Source: an uncultured Candidatus Saccharibacteria bacterium (GTDB lineage Bacteria; Patescibacteriota; Saccharimonadia; Saccharimonadales; Saccharimonadaceae). From it: a stretch of 64,000 nucleotides of DNA. The notes under the pieces are model-generated. The model ran no database searches, was not told the DNA's origin, and saw only the letters and a list, made by a program, of their open reading frames with translations. The position numbers were made by a program, and so were the translations under genes. Where the stretch lies: contig CAZMQX010000001.1 of assembly GCA_964568745.1 (NCBI GenBank), positions 13,408 through 77,407 of the forward strand, written 5' to 3'. Shown piece after piece: positions 38,075 to 45,532 of this stretch. Numbering within the stretch: the stretch's first letter is position 1; each line of letters begins with the position of its first letter.

Positions 38075-39733
38075 ATGTCAAACAATCGACCTATTTTCGT
38101 GCTTGACACAAATGTGATCATAGATTATGTCGATATAATCCCTGGTGAAGATGGTAAGCCGCCGGTCGAACCGACGATCGATTTGACCGATGCCCACATC
38201 GTGATTCCATCGGTAGTGGTCCGGGAACTCTCGAACTTCAAAAACGAGAAGACCGATCGAGGCAAAGCCGCGCGAACAGCTCTTCGTAGACTGCGGAAAT
38301 TGGCTGAGTACAACTATTGCACGATGCAAGAGTCTTATTCACTTGATGCTGAAATCGAGCCAATCAGCTGCTTCAAAGAAGACAGCTCCATTAGTATGGC
38401 TGAGCTCAAAGAACTGTTTGAGTCAGAGCAGCTGGTCTCGATCTTGCCCGTGCATAAGAATTTTCGCAAGGCTCTGCCGTTTCACCCATCAGACAGCGAT
38501 ATGGACGGTCAGATTATCCTGACTGCGCTAACTGTGGGTGCAATCCAAAACGGCTTGCCGATCGATGGCACCGCTGATACCATCACACTGCAGGATACTT
38601 ATTTTAACGACGTGATACTGGTAACAAATGACAATGGCTTGGCGATCCGAGCAAGGGAACGCGGTATTCAGACCGAGCGATATGGTTATAAATACCCCGA
38701 TCCGTACACTGGCAGGCGTGATGTTGTAGTACCAAAAGAGGTTTTTGATGAATTTTATAATTCACAGGAGATCTCGTTGGGGTTTTGGGAAGAACACATG
38801 CCGGACCAGCCGCCGCTAATTGCCAACGAATTTATCATCATGAGCCTGGCAGACGATGCGGAATATCCAAGTGGTTACGACCCGGGTGAAGATCCGTATT
38901 ATAGCTATATCGGCCGTTATGAAGTACGCGAAGAAGCGATTGTGCCACTCAGGTACATTCGGAGTTTTCCTGTCGGGCTTCACAATGCTGGGCAGGCAAT
39001 CTATGCTGAGTCGCTGATGGATCCACACATTGCCGCGGTACTCTGCACGGGACCGGCCGGTTCTGGCAAGACCTACATGGCCACGATCTACGGATATCAC
39101 GCCTGCAAAGAGGGCGAATTTATCGGTGTGACGGTGGTACCATGTGAATCGCGTAGCAAGCTTGGGGCGCTACCTGGAGATCTAGACGAAAAAATGGATC
39201 CGGAGGTTCAGCCGCTCAAGAATGCCTTGAGGAATTATCTTCTAACTGAGGATGCCAAGTTTAGAAAGGAGCTTGAAGCTCTTCGCAAATATGGCACTGG
39301 TTCAGATGGTAAGAAAAAAGCAAAATCTCAAGGCAGCGACGATGAAGCACCGGAGAAGCGATCGATCAAGGCAAAATTAGCCGACCGCGTGGATTTGATC
39401 TGGGATAATTGGTTTTCTAATATACCGATCGAACACGCGAGAGGGCGAGATTTTAGCCACGAATTAGCAATCTATGACGAATTTCAAGATCAAAGTATTT
39501 CTCAAGCGGATACACTGATCAAGCGCTTGGGCATGAATGGCAAGATCATCATCACCGGTGATATTGAGCAAATCCACGCGCCTTATATTGATGCAACTAG
39601 TAGCGGATTGGTTTACGCTTCAAAGATGCTGATGGATAGTCCATACGTGGCGCAGGTATGTTTTACCGAAGACGAAATTATGCGGCATCCGCTAGTCAAA
39701 ATGATTGCAATAAGACAGAAGTCAACAACATAG
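38075..39733 (+). CDS. PhoH2-like PIN + PhoH ATPase fusion
   Basis: VLDTNV PIN start, D..I, VTND..L.IRA, GPAGSGKT Walker A, LGALPGDL.EK, RGR, DEFQ, TGD.EQ, RH. Confidence 0.88.
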   Translation: MSNNRPIFVLDTNVIIDYVDIIPGEDGKPPVEPTIDLTDAHIVIPSVVVRELSNFKNEKTDRGKAARTALRRLRKLAEYNYCTMQESYSLDAEIEPISCFKEDSSISMAELKELFESEQLVSILPVHKNFRKALPFHPSDSDMDGQIILTALTVGAIQNGLPIDGTADTITLQDTYFNDVILVTNDNGLAIRARERGIQTERYGYKYPDPYTGRRDVVVPKEVFDEFYNSQEISLGFWEEHMPDQPPLIANEFIIMSLADDAEYPSGYDPGEDPYYSYIGRYEVREEAIVPLRYIRSFPVGLHNAGQAIYAESLMDPHIAAVLCTGPAGSGKTYMATIYGYHACKEGEFIGVTVVPCESRSKLGALPGDLDEKMDPEVQPLKNALRNYLLTEDAKFRKELEALRKYGTGSDGKKKAKSQGSDDEAPEKRSIKAKLADRVDLIWDNWFSNIPIEHARGRDFSHELAIYDEFQDQSISQADTLIKRLGMNGKIIITGDIEQIHAPYIDATSSGLVYASKMLMDSPYVAQVCFTEDEIMRHPLVKMIAIRQKSTT

Positions 39734-39757
39734 CTGACTACTGCTCCCACCTTTTTA

Positions 39758-39777
39758 TGCCCCGCTCTTGCGGGGCA
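39758..39777 (+). terminator. Probable terminator
   Basis: tgccccgc-tctt-gcggggca after the PhoH-like stop. Confidence 0.6.
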
Positions 39778-39819
39778 GTTCTATTTTGGACTTACTACAT
39801 TCTTTGATATAATAAATAT

Positions 39820-40329
39820 ATGAGATTAGTCGTTGGGTTAGGGAATCCTGGCAACCAGTATAATTTTACGAGACATAATACCGGTTTTTTGGTGCTGGAT
39901 TATCTCTTTAAGGTGCGGGGGTTGCAGTGGTCAGAAAAGCCGCGACTAGGAGCCCTTTGGGGACGAGATGGAGACGCAATTTTTATTAAGCCGCAAGATT
40001 TTTATAATAATTCAGGGCAAGCCGTGACGGCATATATGCATTACTACAAAATCCCGGCTTCGAATATCATGGTGATCTGTGACGATTTTAATCTAGAATT
40101 TGGCACTTTGAGGTACCGCTCTTCTGGTTCGGCTGGGGGGAATAATGGATTAAAATCAATCATCGCCGCACTAGGCTCGGAGGATTTTGCACGAATCAGA
40201 GTAGGGACAGGGAACGATACGCTCCGCAAACGTATTGGCGATACGGATTTTGTGCTTTCGAAATTTACGCCAGAAGAGCGATCGCTGTTGCCAGAAATAT
40301 TGAAATCGGCGACTGAGAGATTATGCTAG
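39820..40329 (+). CDS. pth: Peptidyl-tRNA hydrolase
   Basis: VGLGNPG..Y..TRHN.GF, KP..F.N.SG, GS.GG.NG.KS, R.RVG, FVLSKF. Confidence 0.95.
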   Translation: MRLVVGLGNPGNQYNFTRHNTGFLVLDYLFKVRGLQWSEKPRLGALWGRDGDAIFIKPQDFYNNSGQAVTAYMHYYKIPASNIMVICDDFNLEFGTLRYRSSGSAGGNNGLKSIIAALGSEDFARIRVGTGNDTLRKRIGDTDFVLSKFTPEERSLLPEILKSATERLC

Positions 40330-41253
40330 CCCCCAGTTGTTCATACCGAGGGGGTGGACGCGGGATTTGATCTCAAGGAGAGTGATGGTTTGATTAAAAA
40401 TTTCGGGTGGGAGATGAGTAGCGCGCATAATTTCTTCGCCAGAACGGAGGCCACTATTTAAGGCTTGAAGAATTTTGGTTTCGATATCGTTATCACCGAT
40501 GAGATGATTGGTTTTGAGATTTTTCTTCGCATAGTCTTCTGGGAAGAGTAGGCGAAGAACATCGTCTGGCTCAGTATAAGGAAGCGCGCCTTGCTGGATT
40601 AACTTGTTGCAACCCTGAGAATAAGGATTTGTGATATTCCCCGGGACGGCAAACACTTCCTTGCCTTGAGCGAGGGCATGAGAGGCAGTGTTTAAGGATC
40701 CGGATTTAACCGCGGACTCAACGACAACGACAACGTCCGAAAGCCCAGAAATAATCCTATTGCGTTCTAAGAAACTAGTTTTTGGAAATGGGGAAGACCC
40801 GGGGGCATATTCGGAGATAATCGCGCCGTTTTGCTCAACAATCTTTCTGGCGACTGGTTCATGGGGCTTTGGATAGATATCATCAATTGCAGTGCCAAGT
40901 ACCGCGACCGTGATGCCACCAGCATCGAGACAACCGCGATGTGAAATTGTATCAATCCCAAAAGCCAAACCGGAAACGATCACCGCACCACGCTTGCCGA
41001 GCTCGTAGGCGAGCTTATAGGCGACTTCCTCACCATATCTAGTATTATGACGCGAACCGACGATGGCGACGGTCTTGGGGCGCCCTGGAATGCTGTTTTT
41101 GTTCGCTTTTTTTGACATATTTTCTGGTAATTTTCCACGAAAATACAATGTTTTAGGCTTAAGCGCAATAGAGCTTAACACCTCTGTAAAAATGTGTTCT
41201 TGGGGCGATATTTGGTTGATTTTATCAAAAAAGTTGGTAAAAAGTGTTGACAT
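40321..41253 (-). CDS. dprA: DNA-processing protein DprA
   Basis: AIVGSR, VSGLAFGID, AVLGT, SEY, F..RNRIISGLS, SGSLNTA, FAVPG. Confidence 0.95.
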   Translation of the reverse strand: MSTLFTNFFDKINQISPQEHIFTEVLSSIALKPKTLYFRGKLPENMSKKANKNSIPGRPKTVAIVGSRHNTRYGEEVAYKLAYELGKRGAVIVSGLAFGIDTISHRGCLDAGGITVAVLGTAIDDIYPKPHEPVARKIVEQNGAIISEYAPGSSPFPKTSFLERNRIISGLSDVVVVVESAVKSGSLNTASHALAQGKEVFAVPGNITNPYSQGCNKLIQQGALPYTEPDDVLRLLFPEDYAKKNLKTNHLIGDNDIETKILQALNSGLRSGEEIMRATHLPPEIFNQTITLLEIKSRVHPLGMNNWGLA

Positions 41254-41275
41254 TTTATTTCTCCTGTGCTATAAT
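41247..41275 (+). promoter_or_regulatory. Perfect consensus sigma70 promoter
   Basis: TTGACA (41247-52), 17-nt spacer, TG-C-TATAAT (41270-75); the -35 overlaps the dprA start codon on the other strand. Confidence 0.85.
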
Positions 41276-41281
41276 TTAGTC

Positions 41282-41592
41282 AGTTGGTACCCAAAAAGGT
41301 ACCACACCGCACCTAAATAAGTTATAATTTCAGCTATACTACTTCCAGTATAGCAGAAATTGCGAGCTTTTGAAACCCTTTCGGACTTGGAATTTCTTCA
41401 TGGTTCTCAAGTTTATAAGTATTACCTCCACTTTGAAAGGAATCTTTCGAAGGCTTAGCAATCCCTCTAACCGGCGGGCCCCAGAACTAGTGTGAGGTGG
41501 GTTACGCTCCGGGGGTTACCCGGTATAGTAGTGAAGCGTTAGAGGGCCAAAATAGCCTCAGGTGATGCCCACCCTTACCTGAGGCTATTTTG
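41282..41592 (+). ncRNA. Candidate ~310-nt structured non-coding RNA
   Basis: Consensus promoter, at least four helices, its own 16-bp terminator; only a 31-codon ORF (41400-41495) without an SD. Confidence 0.5.
41548..41592 (+). terminator. Strong hairpin terminator
   Basis: 16-bp perfect caaaatagcctcaggt/acctgaggctattttg with a 13-nt loop. Confidence 0.85.
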
Positions 41593-41611
41593 TTGCTAAA
41601 AAAATAACTGG

Positions 41612-41637
41612 AAAAAACCCTGGCCAAAAAGCCAGGG
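41612..41637 (-). terminator. Terminator of the 41651-41986 gene
   Basis: A6 + ccctggc-caaaaa-gccaggg. Confidence 0.75.
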
Positions 41638-41650
41638 CAAGAATAAGGTG

Positions 41651-41986
41651 CTATTTGTCCAAAAATGACATCAGAGCGTCAACTATTGCTGGGTCAAGCG
41701 TGAGCTCTTGCTTGGACTTTGGATTATTCGGTAATTCCGAATCAAGACCTAATTTGGAGTACAGAGTGCTAAGGGCTCTTTTTTTCTTTTTTGAGAGTTC
41801 ATCTAACTGATTGTAGAGCTCTCGCTTGAGCATTTTAGTTGCTAGCCTGTAACGCTCCTGACGCACTGGGTCCTTGGGGTTCATAGCTAGTATAAGCTTC
41901 TCCGCTGTAAGATGCTCTTGATTTTTGCGAATGTAATACTCCGCTATAGCTTGACGCTTATTTGCGTTAGTGATATTAATGGACAT
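41651..41986 (-). CDS. Hypothetical basic helical protein (111 aa)
   Basis: G-rich SD upstream, own terminator, no recognised motif. Confidence 0.65.
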   Translation of the reverse strand: MSINITNANKRQAIAEYYIRKNQEHLTAEKLILAMNPKDPVRQERYRLATKMLKRELYNQLDELSKKKKRALSTLYSKLGLDSELPNNPKSKQELTLDPAIVDALMSFLDK

Positions 41987-42083
41987 TTCACTGCCCCCCT
42001 TTCTGTTGGATACTTATATAATAGCATAGAGATAGAGTTTTGTCAAGGTCGCTTATGGTTGACTGGTGTGTTATCATAGTTAT

Positions 42084-44348
42084 ATGGCAAAAAATTTGGT
42101 GATAGTGGAGAGTCCGGCAAAAGCCAAAACCATCGAAAAATATCTGGGCGCTGATTTCAAGGTGCTTGCTTCGGTGGGGCATATCCGTAAGGACACAAAG
42201 GTCGATAAGTCTACTTTTGATGTAACTTACGAGATAGACCCGGGACACACCAAAATTATTTCTGAACTAAAAAAAGAGGCCAAAGCGGCCGACAAAATCT
42301 GGCTCGCAACAGATGAAGACCGCGAAGGCGAGTCGATTTCTTGGCATCTATGCGAGGTATTGAAGCTACCAAAAGACACGGCTAGAATTACTTTTCATGA
42401 GATCACTAAGCCGGCGCTAGAACAGGCAATTGAACATCCACGGACAGTAGATATGGATATGGTGTCGAGCCAGCAAGCCAGGCAAACGCTAGATATGCTT
42501 GTGGGCTACGATCTTTCCGATATCGTGCGACGCAAGGTGCCCGGTGCGGTATCAGCTGGACGCGTGCAATCTCCAGCACTCCGGCTCATTGTAGAGCGCG
42601 AAAAGGAAGTCGAGAAGTTTGAAAGTAAATTTGATTTTAAAATAACAGGGAAATTTTTCAAAGACTCGGAATTTACTGCAAATTTGGAGAAGAATAGTCC
42701 GAAAGATGAAAAAACGACTGAAGCACTACTGAGGAAGCTGTCGGCGGAGAGGTTCACGGTAGTGGATGTAGAAGAAACAGACGGGGTGAAGGCGAACCCG
42801 GTTCCGTTTACAACGGCAGCTCTCCAGATTGAAGCAAATGCTAAGTTAGGATTTTCGTCGCGGACCACCATGAGTGCTGCGCAAGGCCTGTATCAGGCAG
42901 GGTTAATTACTTATCACCGCACAGATTCGTTGAATTTATCATCACAAGCGATATCGGCGATCGCGTCATATATTGAAAACAAATTTGGCAAGAATTATTT
43001 GAGAGTACGTTCATTTAAAACGAAATCGGCTTCGGCGCAAGAGGCGCATGAAGCGATTCGTCCAACTGATGTAACGAGAGTCGTAGCAGGGAAGAATGAT
43101 TATGAAAAACGGTTGTATCAGTTGATTTGGGCGCGGACAGTGGCGACGCAAATGGCGAATGCCAAGATCGCCAAAACCACTATTCATCTTTCGCATGATT
43201 TTGTGGCCAAAGGTGAAATGGTGGTGTTTGACGGATTTTTGAAAGTTTATGGCAAGTCAAAAGATACGGAATTGCCAAAATTGAAAAAAGGCGATTCACT
43301 TGATTGCCTGGAGCTTACCGCGAAACAGACTTTTAGCAAGCCGCCGGCTAGGTACACCGAAGGGTCTTTAGTGAAAAAATTAGAGGAATTAGGAATTGGG
43401 CGGCCATCAACCTACGCTTCGATTATGACCGCAATCCAGGCTCGTAAATACGTCGAAAAAGGCGAATCCGAAGGTCAAACTAGAGAGGTGGTGGAATTAC
43501 ACGCCAAAAAGGGTGCTATCAACCGTGAATTAATACAAGAAAAATATGGAGCCAACAAAGGTAAACTCGTCCCCACGCCGATTGGAGAGCTGGTGTCAGG
43601 ATTTTTGACTGACAACTTCAAAAACATTGTGGATTATAAGTTTACGGCAAATATCGAGAAAGACCTGGACCTCGTGGCAGACGCCAAATTGGAGCGCGTA
43701 AAAATGCTTCGAGATTTCTACGGGCCGTTTCATGATACAGTTTTGATGGCGAATGGAGTGGAACGCTATAACAATGCACGTTTGCTCGGTCATCACCCCG
43801 AGAATGGCAAACCAATCTATGCAAAAGTTGGCAAAAATGGTGGTTTTATCCAACTGGGCGACAACGAGAAGGAGACAAAAGAAAAACCGAGATTCGCGCC
43901 TCTACCAAAACGAAAGACCGTAAAGAGTGTGACCTTGAAACAGGCACTCCAGCAACTGGCTTTGCCGGCATTGCCACGAGTATTGGGAGAAGCTCCGGAC
44001 GGAACAGAGCTCATCGCCGCAAATGGACCTTTTGGTCCTTATCTAAAAGGCGGTAAGTACAATATTCCGATGAAAGATCTAGATCCGTATACGGTGACCT
44101 TTGATGAAGCTCTGCCTTTGTACCAGAAAAAACTCGACTCAATGATCGCAGATTTTGGCGAAATTCAGATTATCAATGGCGCTTATGGACCATACGTAAA
44201 GGGGCCGGGACGACGCAATAATGTCAAAATACCAAAGGACATCGATCCGAAGACGCTGACGGAAGATTCGGCGCGCGAAATGCTCAAAAATAAACCAAAA
44301 ACTGCTAGGCGCGGCGTGCGTGGTAAGCGTAAGAAAAGTACTAAATAA
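42084..44348 (+). CDS. topA: DNA topoisomerase I
   Basis: LVIVESPAKAKTI, ATDEDREGE, SAGRVQS, ITYHRTDS (catalytic Tyr), GIGRPSTYA, C-terminal G.FGPY repeats. Confidence 0.98.
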   Translation: MAKNLVIVESPAKAKTIEKYLGADFKVLASVGHIRKDTKVDKSTFDVTYEIDPGHTKIISELKKEAKAADKIWLATDEDREGESISWHLCEVLKLPKDTARITFHEITKPALEQAIEHPRTVDMDMVSSQQARQTLDMLVGYDLSDIVRRKVPGAVSAGRVQSPALRLIVEREKEVEKFESKFDFKITGKFFKDSEFTANLEKNSPKDEKTTEALLRKLSAERFTVVDVEETDGVKANPVPFTTAALQIEANAKLGFSSRTTMSAAQGLYQAGLITYHRTDSLNLSSQAISAIASYIENKFGKNYLRVRSFKTKSASAQEAHEAIRPTDVTRVVAGKNDYEKRLYQLIWARTVATQMANAKIAKTTIHLSHDFVAKGEMVVFDGFLKVYGKSKDTELPKLKKGDSLDCLELTAKQTFSKPPARYTEGSLVKKLEELGIGRPSTYASIMTAIQARKYVEKGESEGQTREVVELHAKKGAINRELIQEKYGANKGKLVPTPIGELVSGFLTDNFKNIVDYKFTANIEKDLDLVADAKLERVKMLRDFYGPFHDTVLMANGVERYNNARLLGHHPENGKPIYAKVGKNGGFIQLGDNEKETKEKPRFAPLPKRKTVKSVTLKQALQQLALPALPRVLGEAPDGTELIAANGPFGPYLKGGKYNIPMKDLDPYTVTFDEALPLYQKKLDSMIADFGEIQIINGAYGPYVKGPGRRNNVKIPKDIDPKTLTEDSAREMLKNKPKTARRGVRGKRKKSTK

Positions 44349-44409
44349 TTATTTTCATTTTTTGTAAAAATTATGATACAATAGTATGGAGAAATCTTGA
44401 ATTTGACAG

Positions 44410-44438
44410 TTGACAACTACGCATATTCATGATATTAT
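44410..44438 (+). promoter_or_regulatory. Sigma70 promoter
   Basis: TTGACA (44410-15), 17-nt spacer, TATTAT (44433-38). Confidence 0.7.
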
Positions 44439-44485
44439 AGTACAAATTCATAATATTAACGGGGGTGGAACAAGGAAAGATACTG

Positions 44486-45514
44486 ATGGATCAAAATGCG
44501 GAAATCCTAAAAAATGCAATCGCCGGAAGTCTAAAAATCATCGAACAGGATCGAGAAAGGGAAATCGTTTCAAGAAGATTTGGTCTTACTGGAGCTAAAG
44601 AAACTCTTGAGCAGATCGGTGAAATGCTATCGATCACACGAGAACGCGTTAGGCAATTAGAAAAAGCCATCCTGATCCGTCTTCAAATTTCCGCAGAAGA
44701 CAACCAAATACCCGAACTTGCTCCCGCTGAAAAGATCCTTGTACGTAATCTTACCGAGACCGGTCGCGTCTCCCGACTAGCAGATCTAGCTGATAAGATT
44801 TATGGTCGCAAGACGACCATGGAGGAGCGTACTGGCATTTACTTTATTGCTACTTTCGCCAAAAACCTAACTGTTATCGAAGAAAACGACCGCTACTACG
44901 CGGCCGTTGGCATTTCTGATTATGGTGATAGCCGTGTAATCAAGAGTAGAGTTGACGAGATTGTCAAGCTGATCAAAGAGAACAAACAACCTATGACTTT
45001 GGACGAACTTGACAACAAGTTAAATTATGAACACCCTGACCATATAAAAGCAATAGCGTCAATCTCAAAACAACTTGCTGCCTTAAATGGCATGTGGGGA
45101 CTTTCGAAATGGCCTTCTGTAAACCCCAAAAATATCCGCGACAAGATCTTCGTTATACTAGAATCGCGCAAGGAGCCAATGCATTTCTCGGATATCGCCC
45201 GCGAAATCAAAGAATCTAACTTCAAGCGCAAAAATGTCACCGTGCAAGCAATTCATAATGAGCTGATCAAGGATCCGAGATTTGTCCTGATTGGACGTGG
45301 AATTTATGCATTGTCGACCTGGGGCTACAAAAAGGGAACTATATCCGACATCATCAAATCTATCCTAGAAAAATCCTCAGAACCACTGACCCGCGAAGAG
45401 ATCGTCAAACAAACCCTACGAGTCCGCAAGGTCAAAGAGACCACCATTTTACTCAATCTTCAAAACAAGAAATTATTCAAAAAAGTCGATAAGAATTTAT
45501 ATACACTAGCATAA
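44486..45514 (+). CDS. Sigma70 region-4 + HARE-HTH (RNAP delta-like) protein typical of CPR
   Basis: RRFGL...ETLEQIG...ITRERVRQLE; P.HF.DIA; AIHNELIKD.RFVLIGRG.YAL..WG. Confidence 0.8.
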   Translation: MDQNAEILKNAIAGSLKIIEQDREREIVSRRFGLTGAKETLEQIGEMLSITRERVRQLEKAILIRLQISAEDNQIPELAPAEKILVRNLTETGRVSRLADLADKIYGRKTTMEERTGIYFIATFAKNLTVIEENDRYYAAVGISDYGDSRVIKSRVDEIVKLIKENKQPMTLDELDNKLNYEHPDHIKAIASISKQLAALNGMWGLSKWPSVNPKNIRDKIFVILESRKEPMHFSDIAREIKESNFKRKNVTVQAIHNELIKDPRFVLIGRGIYALSTWGYKKGTISDIIKSILEKSSEPLTREEIVKQTLRVRKVKETTILLNLQNKKLFKKVDKNLYTLA

Positions 45515-45532
45515 GTGTGATAAAATGATACT

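Noticed and set aside
41500-41525. c-di-GMP-I riboswitch, suggested by GGGGTTACC
   Set aside because: The GCAAA tetraloop, the receptor and the rest of the GEMM core are absent.
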